A stretch of 64,000 nt of DNA from an uncultured Nitrososphaeraceae archaeon (GTDB lineage: Archaea; Thermoproteota; Nitrososphaeria; Nitrososphaerales; Nitrososphaeraceae). The first letter of the stretch is position 1; every line of letters starts with the position of its first letter. Both the position numbers and the translations under genes were made by a program. The stretch covers positions 64,001 through 128,000 of the forward strand of contig CAVXZB010000019.1 of the NCBI GenBank assembly GCA_963765895.1. The letters run 5' to 3'. Below the pieces are notes generated by a model that was not told the origin of the DNA, did not search any database, and saw only the letters and a list, made by a program, of their open reading frames with translations. Of the stretch, positions 21,280 through 31,842 are shown in pieces.

Positions 21280-24200
21280 ATGAAAAATTTAGTTATTGTT
21301 GCCGTGGCTGCCGTAGTTTTGTCGGCGATACTTCCGCTAAGCACTTATGGAATATCTTTCTCGAAGAGCAAGAAAGATTCAGGCGGAAGTTCAGGGTCGA
21401 CCGACTCCCCGGACAACGGTAAAGCTAATTCAAGAAATTCTGAACAGCTACCGTCAACTGAAAGCAGTCCTGGGACACCATTGCAAACGATAATTCCGCA
21501 ACCACCAACTGATAACAACGGACAACCACCAACTGATAACAACGGACAACCACCAACTGATAACAACGGACAACCACCAACTGATAACAACGGACAACCA
21601 CCAACTGATAACAACGGACAACCACCAACTGATAACAACGGACAACCACCAACTGATAACAATCCTGCCATCTCGTCACCAGGACAAACATCTCCTGAAA
21701 ACCTAACCGGACCAACGGAAAGTTCTACACAGCAGTCAAATCCACCTGAAAATGCTACAGGACCCCAACAACAATTTGGAGCGCCTCAGAATGCTACAGG
21801 ACCCCAACAACAATTTGGAGCGCCTCAGAATGCTACAGGACCCCAACAACAATTTGGAGCGCCTCAGAATGCTACAGGACCCCAACAACAATTTGGAGCG
21901 CCTCAGAATGCTACAGGACCCCAACAACAATTTGGAGCGCCTCAGAATGCTACAGGACCCCAACAACAATTTGGAGCGCCTCAGAATGCTACAGGACCCC
22001 AACAACAATTTGGAGCGCCTCAGAATGCTACAGGACCCCAACAACAATTTGGAGCGCCTCAGAATGCTACAGGACCCCAACAACAATTTGGAGCGCCTCA
22101 GAATGCTACAGGACCCCAACAACAATTTGGAGCGCCTCAGAATGCTACAGGACCCCAACAACAATTTGGAGCGCCTCAGAATGCTACAGGACCCCAACAA
22201 CAATTTGGAGCGCCTCAGAATGCTACAGGACCCCAACAACAATTTGGAGCGCCTCAGAATGCTACAGGACCCCAACAACAATTTGGAGCGCCTCAGAATG
22301 CTACAGGTGGTCAAGCGTCAAAAAATGCACAAGGACCTACTCTTGCGCCGACAGGGCAAACTCTAGCTCCTGAAAATCTATCAACCGAGAAGTTCCAATC
22401 GATCTTACAGAGTTCCTTACCATCTCAGGGATTAGAGCCTACGCAACTATCCAAGGCAGCCTTAGGCAGCCGAACAAGCCACTACCGGTGGGCAACTGCC
22501 AGCCAATGCAGGTGCGTCGGGAGGAGCCTCTCTCGTAAGTTCAGGAGCAACTCAAAATGCAGCGCAGCTGCTGCAGCTGCAACTGCCGCAGCAGCCGCTG
22601 GCGCATCACCAGCAGCACGCGCAGCCGCAGCTTCAGCGGCCTCTAGTGCAGCTGGAAAAGGCGCAGCTGGCAGCAGCTGCAGCAGCCGCATCTGCAGCAA
22701 CAGCCGCTGGTGCATCACCAGCAGCAGCCGCAGCGCGCAGCAGCTGCAGCAGCAGGTGGCGCAACTTCAGCAGCAGCTGGAGCAGCAGCGTCATCAGCTG
22801 GTGCATCATCTGCAGCAGCCGCAGCGCAGCTTCAGCCGCATCGCAGGTGCAGCAGCAAGTGGAGCATCAGCGGCTGGTACTGCCGCAGCCGCAGCCGCAG
22901 CCGCTGTATCCGCAGGTGCCTCACCTGGTGGGGCAGCCGCAGCAGCCGGCAGCAGCAGCAGCGTCATCAGCTGGTGCATCACCTGCAGCAGCCGCAGCAG
23001 CAGCTTCAGCCCGCCGCAGGTGCAGCAGCAAGTGGAGCATCAGCATCTAGCGCTGCTTCAGCAGCCGCATCTGCAGCAACAGCCGCTGGTGCATCACCAG
23101 CAGCCGCAGCAGCCGGAGCAGCTGGAGGCAGCAGGTGGCGCAACTTCAGCAGCAGCTGCAGGCAGCAGCGTCATCAGCAGGAGCATCATCAGCAGCAGCC
23201 GCAGCAGCAGCTTCAGCCAGCCGCAGGTGCAGGCAGCAAGTGGAGCATCAGCAGCTGGTACTGCCGCAGCCGCAGCTGCAGCCGCTGTATCCGCAGGTGC
23301 CTCACCTGGTGGGGCAGCCGGCAGCAGCCGCAGGCAGCAGCAGCGTCATCAGCTGGTGCATCACCTGCAGCAGCCGCAGCAGCAGCTTCAGCCGCCGCAG
23401 GTGCAGCAGCAAGTGGAGCATCAGCATCTAGCGCTGCTTCAGCAGCCGCATCTGCAGCAACAGCCGCTGGTGCATCACCAGCAGCCGGCAGCAGCCGGCA
23501 GCAGCTGCAGGAGCAGGTGGCGCAACTTCAGCAGCAGCTGGCAGCAGGCAGCGTCATCAGCAGGAGCATCATCAGCGAGCAGCCGCAGCCGCAGCTTCAG
23601 CCAGCTCGCAGGTGCGAGCAGCAAGTGGAGCATCAGCGGCTGGTACTGCCGCAGCCGCATCGGCCGCGAGCAGCGGCTGCAGGTGCCTCACCTGGTGGGG
23701 CAGGCAGCAGCAGGCAGCAGCCAGCAGCCGCTACAGCAGCTGGTGCATCACCAGCAGCAGCCGCGAGGCAGCGAGCTTCTGCCGCCGCAGGTGCAGCAGC
23801 AAGTGGAGCATCAGCGTCTAGCGCTGCTTCAGCAGCCGCATCTGCAGCAACAGCCGCTGGTGCATCACCAGCAGCCGCAGCAGCCGGCAGCAGCTGCAGC
23901 AGCAGGTGGCGCAACTTCAGCAGCAGCTGGAGGCAGGCAGCGTCATCAGCAGGAGCATCATCAGCAGCAGCCGCAGCAGGCAGCTTCAGCCAGCCGCAGG
24001 TGGCAGCAGCAAGTGGAGCATCAGCAGCTGGTACTGCCGCAGCCGCATCGGCCGGAGCAGCGGCTGCAGGTGCCTCACCTGGTGGGGCAGCAGGAGGACG
24101 GCAGCAGCAGCCGCCGCTACAGTAGCTGGTGCATCACCAGCAGCAGCCGCAGCAGGCAGCTTCAGCCGCCGCAGGTGCAGCAGCAAGTGGAGCATCAGCA

Positions 24201-25241
24201 TCTAGCGCTGCTTCAGCAGCCGCATCTGCAGCAACAGCCGCTGGTGCATCTTCCGCAGCTGCATCCGCAATATCCTCCTCGATTTCATCGTCTGCAGGCA
24301 GCAGCATCAGCAGCATCATCGCTTCTAAAATCTCCAGTCTCATCTGCAGCAGCCGCAGCCGCTGCAGCTTCCTTTGCAGCTCAAAATGCCGGAGCTTCAT
24401 CTGCAGCAGCCGCAGCCGCAGCCTCAGCAGCATCTAGTGGCAGGAGCAAGCGGAGCATCAGTAGCTGGTCACTGCCGCTGCAGCAGCAGCCGCAGCGCAG
24501 CCGCAGGTGCCTCATCCGGTGGGGCAGTAGCCGCAGCGCAGCAGCCGCCGCTACAGCAGCTGGTGCATCATCAGTAGCCTCCGTGGCCGCAGCCTCAGCA
24601 GCATCTTCAGCCGCAGCAAGTGGAGCATCATCAGCCGGAATTGCGTCTGCAGCTGCAGCAGCCGCTTCAGCAGCTGGTGCATCACCAGCAGCCGCAGCAG
24701 CCGCAGCAGCATCAGCGGCAGGAGGCGGAGCAGCAGCCGGAGCAGCCGGCAGCAGCATCCGGTGCTGGTGGTAGCGCCTCAACAGCGTTGGCCGCAGCAG
24801 CCGCAGCCTCCTCAGCAGTGGCTGCCGGATCTTCTGTTGGTGGAGTAGCAGCCGCAGCAGCCGCAGCAGCATCCGGTGCTGGTGGATCAGCCAGCGTGGC
24901 AACAGCCGCAGCCGCAGCTGCCGCCGCTACAGCGAGCTGGTGCATCACCTGCAGCAGCATCAAGTGCAGCAGCAGCGGCATCAAATGCCGCGGCTAGCGG
25001 ATCCTCAGTTGTGGGTTCGTCTGGTGTGGCGTGCCGGCAGCAGGCAGGCAGCAGCCGCTACAGCAGCTGGTGCATCACCTGCAGCAGCATCAGCAGCCGC
25101 TTCAGCAGGCAGCATCAACAGCAGGGAGCGGAGCCTCATGTTCTAACGTGGCAGCAGCTACTTCGGCAGCTGCTTCGTCAGCAGGAGCACCACCAGCAGC
25201 AGCCGGCAGCAGCCGCAGCAGCAGTAGGATGTCGTAAATGA
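21280..25241 (+). CDS. Large secreted repetitive protein (~1300 aa): signal peptide, Pro/Gln/Asn tandem arrays and a silk-like Ala/Gly/Ser region with many apparent indels
   Basis: MKNLVIVAVAAVVLSAILPLSTYG signal; the GCN-codon frame recurs throughout 22.5-25.2 kb and ends AAAAAAVGCRK-TGA at 25241. Confidence 0.8.
21499..21663 (+). repeat. 24-bp tandem repeat x7 (QPPTDNNG)
   Basis: Unit caaccaccaactgataacaacgga. Confidence 0.97.
21751..22307 (+). repeat. 39-bp tandem repeat x14 plus a partial unit (NATGPQQQFGAPQ)
   Basis: Unit aatgctacaggaccccaacaacaatttggagcgcctcag. Confidence 0.97.
22680..24250 (+). repeat. About four higher-order repeats of ~385 bp within the GCA/GCC-rich region
   Basis: Marker tcacctggtggggcag at 22921, 23302, 23688 and 24075. 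Confidence 0.85.
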
Positions 25242-25269
25242 GACACTGAATCAATCCAAAATAGACTGG

Positions 25270-25300
25270 CGCCAAACCCGTTTGGCGTTTCTATTTTTAT
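25270..25300 (+). terminator. Hairpin plus T-rich tract after the silk-like gene
   Basis: CGCCAAAC-CC-GTTTGGCG followed by tttctattttt, ~30 nt after the stop. Confidence 0.55.
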
Positions 25301-25860
25301 TGAAATTAGTAAATATGAGAAGGTTTTTTTAATGGCTACTTTAGACCTGGCTTACCTGAATCCATTACAACAACGCAAGCTTTTCAGATACTCTCTTCAT
25401 TATTTTACCAAAATAAATCCCAGATATGCCGTATCAACTGATGCACCACGAGAATATTCTCAAATCTATTAATCCCAGTTTGGGTTCAAGGAATACCTGA
25501 ACCCTTAAGTCTTATTGCTTCCTGCAGACAGAGTAAAGGATTGATAGAGGTATAAGCAGGAACACTGTCATATCGACAATATACAAAGGAATGTATATAC
25601 ATCTTATAGACTCATGAACAACTAGATAATAATACTTGTAATCTGGTGACTGTTTTACAGGAGTGATTCCTTAGGTTTAACCGGTCAATATGTATAAAGA
25701 TTGATTGGATAAATAATAGAAAAGTTGCGAGATTCCATAAGCCCTAAGACATCAAGGAGACTCTATTTTTCGCTTTTTGATCTCATTTTTGATTTGGATT
25801 ATTCTTCAGGGCCCCGTCAATTTTTTCCAAGAACTTATATTTTGGATATAAAATGTAGAT

Positions 25861-26535
25861 TTGATGGTAAAGGGAGGTAAAAGGGGAGGCAGAGTTAGAG
25901 ATAAATGGCGGGATAAACAATGGGTAACAGTTAATTCGCCTTCTGCTTTTGGTGGCAGTGCACTAAATTACGTTCCAATAACTGACCAGAGTAGTGCTAA
26001 GGGTCGAGTACTGGAAAATACCATGTTTGACATCTTAAAACAAGATCCGACACAACATCAAACAAAAGTATTCGTTCAAATTGAGAACATCGCCGAAGGT
26101 ACTGCCACTACTGTTTTCAAAGGACATGAATATGCAAAAGAGTTCTTGAGGAGTTTAATAAGAAGAGGCAGCTCGATGATAACTTTTATACACGATTATA
26201 AAACTGCTGATGGATATATTTTTAGGGTTGAGGTGTTAGCCTTTAGCCAGAGGAGATTAAACTCGTCCAAGAAACATCAAATTCGTTTGGTATCGCATAA
26301 TCAATTGACTTCTACTATTCCAAAATTAACAGTCGACCAGTTTGTTCAGGAAGTAACTATCGGAAAAATGGGTGCTGATCTACTTGCCGAGGCTAAAAAA
26401 ATCGCATCGCTTCGTCATATCGGAATTAAGAAGACAAAGTTGATATCTACACCCAAATCAAGAGAGGTCGAAGAGGCTAAGCAAATCGAAGTAACGACAG
26501 AGGAAAATGAACAAACTGCTGATGCAGCGGCATAA
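25861..26535 (+). CDS. rps3ae: 30S ribosomal protein S3Ae (eS1)
   Basis: RDKWRDKQW and FKGHEYAKEFLRSLIRRGSS. Confidence 0.95.
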   Translation: MMVKGGKRGGRVRDKWRDKQWVTVNSPSAFGGSALNYVPITDQSSAKGRVLENTMFDILKQDPTQHQTKVFVQIENIAEGTATTVFKGHEYAKEFLRSLIRRGSSMITFIHDYKTADGYIFRVEVLAFSQRRLNSSKKHQIRLVSHNQLTSTIPKLTVDQFVQEVTIGKMGADLLAEAKKIASLRHIGIKKTKLISTPKSREVEEAKQIEVTTEENEQTADAAA

Positions 26536-26567
26536 CAAGTCAAGTTCACCAAGTACAGGACGATCTA

Positions 26568-27026
26568 ATGTCCGACAAACTTGAAGCCGGTGAAGATCAT
26601 TTTTCAGGAGCTGATATTAGCTGCGTCTTACATGCTACCGAAGACGAGAACAATGTGCTAAAGGCCGCTTCAGAGATATTTTCTATATCTAGGAATAGAT
26701 TTTTTTTTAAAAGATTAGAAGGCCATTGGGGAAATCCCATAATATACCTGATGGCATTTTTGGACAGTAAAGAAGCATGGAAAACCGCATTAAAAATTAT
26801 GTTTTCACTAAACCCCCTTGATAGAAATCAGTTAAAAGAATCGCTCAATGATCTAGTGGATGAAAAAGGTAACATGTACATTAGACTCGATAAACAGGGA
26901 ATGTGTAGAGGTAGAATAAGTCTTAGCGAATTTGACTCAGTGAGAATAAAGTTTAGACCGGTAAAGACCTTTAAGAAAATAAGGAACGTGCCTAACTACA
27001 AGGTGTTACTGTCATTAGACGAATAG
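26568..27026 (+). CDS. DUF54-type RNA-binding protein
   Basis: HATEDE, EGHWGNPI and YIRLDKQ motifs; usual neighbour of rnp3. Confidence 0.85.
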   Translation: MSDKLEAGEDHFSGADISCVLHATEDENNVLKAASEIFSISRNRFFFKRLEGHWGNPIIYLMAFLDSKEAWKTALKIMFSLNPLDRNQLKESLNDLVDEKGNMYIRLDKQGMCRGRISLSEFDSVRIKFRPVKTFKKIRNVPNYKVLLSLDE

Positions 27027-27565
27027 ATTTAAATGTTCGATTTTCGGATGCTACGGAATCAAATGAGATTCCACATTCGCTAGGCATAGATGTTTTCGGT
27101 ACAGACGATTACCTTATGAATGTTAAGGAAAGTCTAATATACAGATGTAATAAATCATCAAACCCTAAGATTCCTTTTCTTATCACTAGCGAAAGTATCG
27201 GCGATCTATCCTCGATGGTAAATATTGATATCATTTCATTAAGAGATATCAATCTTAATTTCGAGAATAGAAGGAATCTTCTTCGTGGCATCGGACTAGA
27301 GATAACTATATCAAATTTGCGACTGACCGATGGTAAGCAGCTCGGCAAATGGGTTGCTGATATTTCATCGTTCTACGCATATTGTAAACATGCCAGATTC
27401 CAGTTTATATTATCAAGCGGTGCAACTTCGATATGCGAATTGGTTTCTGGCCGCTGTTTCGATTCACTACTAAAAACATGTGGAATTGATCCGGTATGTT
27501 ACTGGAATGACCTTAACGGCTGGTTACAAACTAGATTGATAAGGAGGCATACCTATTTTGCTTAA
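27023..27565 (+). CDS. rnp3: RNase P protein component 3 (Rpp30-like); start uncertain
   Basis: GIGLEI and FILSSGA motifs; frame open upstream of the track ATG (27116), reading IDLNV; synteny. Confidence 0.65.
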   Translation: MDLNVRFSDATESNEIPHSLGIDVFGTDDYLMNVKESLIYRCNKSSNPKIPFLITSESIGDLSSMVNIDIISLRDINLNFENRRNLLRGIGLEITISNLRLTDGKQLGKWVADISSFYAYCKHARFQFILSSGATSICELVSGRCFDSLLKTCGIDPVCYWNDLNGWLQTRLIRRHTYFA

Positions 27566-27932
27566 GAGAAGGAGCAAGAGAAGATACATAGCAGTGAGAT
27601 GCGACAAATTTGTAAAAGCTGATAATGGAAATGGAATTTACAATTCAGGCTTTGCTTTATCACTAACTCGTAGGGTCGCCGAACTTTATGGATTTATTGT
27701 GGCACAGAAGTCTTCGATAAGGGATATCGGTAACAATGGCAATACAATATTTGTAATTAGATGTAATCTGAACTTTTTACCTATTGTACTATCAGCGATC
27801 CCACTCCTGAACCCCCCTGCGTTGGTATTGCTCATCTCAGGCACCGTCAAGCGCCTAAGGATGAACCTTAAGAAACCTTCTTTTCAAATTTTAAAAGAGG
27901 AGAATAAGTGCCGAATCGAAAAGCCGATTTAG
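27558..27932 (+). CDS. rnp2: RNase P protein component 2 (Pop5/Rpp14)
   Basis: KRRYIAV, LYG, VIRC and ISGTVKRL motifs. Confidence 0.8.
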   Translation: MLKRRSKRRYIAVRCDKFVKADNGNGIYNSGFALSLTRRVAELYGFIVAQKSSIRDIGNNGNTIFVIRCNLNFLPIVLSAIPLLNPPALVLLISGTVKRLRMNLKKPSFQILKEENKCRIEKPI

Positions 27933-28148
27933 CGAATTTAATTTTCTCCAAAAAGTGGCCCTTTTGGTGTTAAATGCTAATTAGAAAAATTAACTAAATT
28001 AGTTTTAAAAATGTATTAATGATTCAAATCTAAACCCAGGTAAGTTTTTAGTAGAAGCATTGTTCCTCCAAAGAAGACCAAGTGAAAATTTATTGTATCT
28101 TGCACACTACCTTACTAACATGTTGTAAGAGCTCATTATAAGAAGATA

Positions 28149-28320
28149 TCCCGCGGGCAGGATTTGCCCCAAAGCAACACTTTTTTAACTTTGTTTGAGC
28201 CTGCGACTCTTCGGTAACTGCACAGTGTACGCCCGATAGGCTGTTTACGCGGTCAGCTTCAAGTCCACTAAAAAGCCAACTTCTACAGCCGAAAGCTCTA
28301 CCAGGCTGAGCTACCGCGGG
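28149..28320 (-). tRNA. tRNA-Tyr(GTA) with two introns: 28216-28282 (37/38) and ~28164-28194 (T-loop)
   Basis: CCCGCGG/CCGCGGG acceptor stem, D-arm GCTCAGCCTGGTAGAGC, TTCGG/CCGAA anticodon stem, GCAGG/CCTGC T-stem interrupted by a BHB-like insert. Confidence 0.88.
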
Positions 28321-28616
28321 ATATTTTCGTAATCTAAATGAATGGTATATAATTGTGACTCGTTCGAGACAAGCCCCTAATATATATTGGGGCTACGATA
28401 GACAATAGATAAATTATATAGTCATGATTATATCGAAGCGATTGAGTAAAGGTCGCAAATCATTATGGCATACTCACTTTAGATGAAATAAAAAATTGCG
28501 TTTATATGTTTAGTTAACTTGGGGCATCACGATGTAGGTATCTTGCGTTGTGCTACCTTAAGGAAAGGGACTAAGAATGACCCCGTAGATTAGATTGCTT
28601 ACCAGAAGTTTTCATC

Positions 28617-29597
28617 TTAAAATAGGTATCTTGCAATATCTAGTGAGGCATATGTGATTATCTTGTCTGCACCCGCTCTCTTAGCTGAGGCAATAGATTG
28701 AACCATCCATTCTAGCTTGTCGATCCACTTGCGCTCTGCTGCCTGCCTTTATCATCGCGAATTCTCCAGAGACTAATTGTAAAGCGATGGGGAAGTCCCC
28801 AATATTATCCCTGACCATTGGAAGTAAATCCAAATATGTAAGGGTGGGCTTTATCATAACTATATTGGCTCCCTCGTCAATATCGGCGACGATTTCCCTT
28901 AGTGCTTCACGCTGATTACAGTAAGAGAGCTGATAGCCTCGATTTATCGATGTAAGGCTTTCCTCGAAGTGAGCTGAGTGAATGCCAACGCTCGAAAAGG
29001 TGCGTATAAATTTGAAGAGTGCTTTGCAGAAAACGGCATTATCTTGACATCCTTAAAACCGTGTTCATTAAGCGACCTGCGTATACGATATACTTGACCA
29101 TCCATCATGGAAGAGGGTGACACTATATCAGCGCCAGACTCAGCATGACTAACCGCTATTTTGGACAATAAATGCAGTGTTGCCTCATTCTCAACGTACT
29201 TCATATTATAATTTGTGACTCCACAATGACCACTTTCATTATACTGACAGATACAGACATCAGTAATTATCAGTACTTTGTTCCCAAATTCGTCGCGAAT
29301 TCTTCTCGCCGATCGTTGAACAATTCCTTGGCTATTTGATGCCCCAGTTCCTTTCGAATCGCGAGTGTTTGGAACTCCAAACAATATGAATGAACGTATC
29401 CCTACTTCGAGACAGTTATAAACAAGTCTAAATAGGTCATTCTCACAATTCGGCACTGCAGCAGGTATCATTTCATTTTGGTTTATTTTTTTTCTTTCAT
29501 AAATAATAAGAGGCATTATAAGCTGCTCCCTTCTGAGGCCAGCCTCAGTAAGGATAGTTTCCAGTTGTCTATTCGGTTGGATCCTACTTATTCTCAC
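28617..29597 (-). CDS. hemB: Porphobilinogen synthase, frameshifted in the 3' third
   Basis: DVCICQY..GHCG, GADIVSPSSMMDG and YAPFR; downstream pieces DIDEGANIVMIKP and KRAGADKIITY. Confidence 0.92.
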
Positions 29598-29680
29598 TTC
29601 TCTGAAACCTTTTCATCATGACAATATCAACATTCAGCTTTTAACCCTTAAAAATAGGCTTATGTCTGTACTAGTATGTT

Positions 29681-30610
29681 ATGGATGGAATAACTATAGG
29701 GATTCCCTCGTACAACGAAGAAGGGAATATAACTAATCTATTGAAATCCATTATTTCATCCAATATTAACGGGATATTAGTCAAAGAGGTGATAATCTCG
29801 GATGACTCTACAGATTCTACTCCGCAACTGGTTGAGGACTTCATTAAACAAAATCGACTGCAAAATATCACCGTTTATCATCATGGAATCAGAAGAGGAA
29901 CTGCTGCCTGCCTGGAGCGAGATATTTAACAAAGCATCCGGAATAATAATAATCCTATTTGATGCTGATGTTATTATCGATAGGAACTGCATTTCAGAAT
30001 TAGCAGGATCTCTTGCCAAAAATGAACTAGTAGGGCTATGCGCAACCAACCAGATCCCTATTGACGCAAGAGGTATTAGCGGCAAAGCATGTTCATTTAT
30101 CATGGAATGGCTTCGCTCGCTGAGGCAGAAGGAGCTTTCAAAGTACACGGTTATGGGGCGAGCACTGGGTATACGGACGGATGTTGCAAAAACTCTTCAA
30201 ATTCCTGAAGAAGTTATCGCAGTGGATCTTTATCTCCAGTACTCAGTTATGAAGATGCAACTGAATGTCATCTATAATGATAAGGCCAAAGTGTACTTTA
30301 AACCGCCGACAAATCTGTTAGAATTTTCATCTCAGGTGATTAGGGCTCGAAATGGACATAAACAGGTGACTAATCTACCAGTTGAACTCAATTTGGAACC
30401 ATCATGGAGATCACTATTCGGAAGTATACTGAGTTCTATAAGATCCAAGCCGGTGTGCGCAGCTGCGCAGCCACATCTTTATTAAGCGTACCGTATTTTT
30501 CCAGAAAACTAGAAGACACCAATGATGCGAAATGGGATACGTCTAAATCTACCAAGTCTATAGATTACGATGAATTTATTTCGAAACAGAACATGGAGAA
30601 TAATACTTGA
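29681..30610 (+). CDS. Glycosyltransferase family 2, frameshifted
   Basis: IGIPSYNEE, ISDDSTDST and FDADV motifs across overlapping ORFs. Confidence 0.85.
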
Positions 30611-30673
30611 TATATATTCTCGTTCATTGCCTAGTTAGGTATTAATATATCTGCAAGTAGTATCAGGTGTAGT

Positions 30674-31276
30674 TTGGAAACCTCTGGACCATTATCGACT
30701 GGTTATATTTGTTCGCCGCATGAAAGCCATTATGATGAACTAATAGACTGCTGGAAGAAATGCCCAGAAGTAGTCAATATTTATTTCGTAACCGCTACCT
30801 TTTCAGAGGAAATTTTGCCATATTTTCCCAACGAAGCAAATCACTACGTATTGGCCTCTTTTACGAATCTCTCTTCACTACCCGGAATGATAAAAGAAGG
30901 AATTGACAACAAGCTGACTTTTATATTCAACATAAGTAACTCGATATTTGAGAAGGCGTACGATAAACTTAATTATATTTCCATCTATTTTATGAAATAC
31001 TCCTACGGAAGTAATGAGATGAGTGATATAGCTAATATCATCGCCAGACGCGATAGAGTGACCAAAGCCAGTCTAGCAAATATTCAATTACTTAATTCTG
31101 GACATCTCAGGTTTGCTTTCCCGTATTCAAAAAATATTCTTGTTCTTGAAGTCGATGGCGAGAAAACTCACCAAAGCGATCAAAAATATTGTGAACGTAC
31201 TAGAAGGGACGTGGCCAGAAAAGGGATTGCCTTGTCTAATTTAATTAGTTTATCAATTCTAGAGAAGTTAAAGTAG
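30674..31276 (+). CDS. Hypothetical protein
   Basis: 200-aa intact ORF in the core region. Confidence 0.7.
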   Translation: METSGPLSTGYICSPHESHYDELIDCWKKCPEVVNIYFVTATFSEEILPYFPNEANHYVLASFTNLSSLPGMIKEGIDNKLTFIFNISNSIFEKAYDKLNYISIYFMKYSYGSNEMSDIANIIARRDRVTKASLANIQLLNSGHLRFAFPYSKNILVLEVDGEKTHQSDQKYCERTRRDVARKGIALSNLISLSILEKLK

Positions 31277-31324
31277 AATCAGAACTGTTAAATATGAAAT
31301 CCATGGGCCTAAGCATGATAGACC

Positions 31325-31717
31325 TTGAGTAAACCTATGGATTTAGGCAGTTTGAAGGTTGGATCTTATATCGTTATAGACGGCGAACCCTGTAGGATAG
31401 TTTCATATGATCATAGCAAGCCAGGTAAGCACGGTTCAGCCAAAGCTAGGGTAGCAGCAATTGGGGTCTTCGATGGTTCAAAACATAGCCTAGTGTCTCC
31501 AGTGTCTGCTAATATGGAAGTCCCTTTAATTGACAAACGAAGTGGTCAAGTTATTTCTTTATCAGGTCAAACACTTCAAATAATGGATTTGGAGACATTC
31601 GAGGTATTTGAGACCTCTTCTGTTGAGGAGGAAATTAAGAACAAAATTCGACAAGGTGGAGAAGTAGAATATTGGAAAGTCTTGGAAAGAATAAAAATAG
31701 TAAGGGCGAAGGGCTAA
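31325..31717 (+). CDS. eif5a: Translation factor aIF-5A
   Basis: SKPGKHGSAKAR hypusine motif. Confidence 0.97.
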   Translation: MSKPMDLGSLKVGSYIVIDGEPCRIVSYDHSKPGKHGSAKARVAAIGVFDGSKHSLVSPVSANMEVPLIDKRSGQVISLSGQTLQIMDLETFEVFETSSVEEEIKNKIRQGGEVEYWKVLERIKIVRAKG

Positions 31718-31842
31718 TGCACGAGAAAAGATTATTAAATTGTATCAATTGATATGAATATGCTTAACCAAACTTGACTAAAAACCTCCGGGCTTTGTCA
31801 TAAACAGACAGACATATATACCGCAAATAAATATTAAAAACC

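Noticed and set aside
21499-22307. Regular repeats as a CRISPR array
   Set aside because: Units are head-to-tail with no unique spacers, lengths are multiples of 3 inside an ORF, and no cas genes are present
22482-25241. Many overlapping ORFs, including poly-Gln/His and poly-Ser readings, as separate genes or programmed frameshifting
   Set aside because: GCA/CAG/AGC repeats lack stops in most frames; the frame switches fall at different places in each repeat unit, as expected for indel errors
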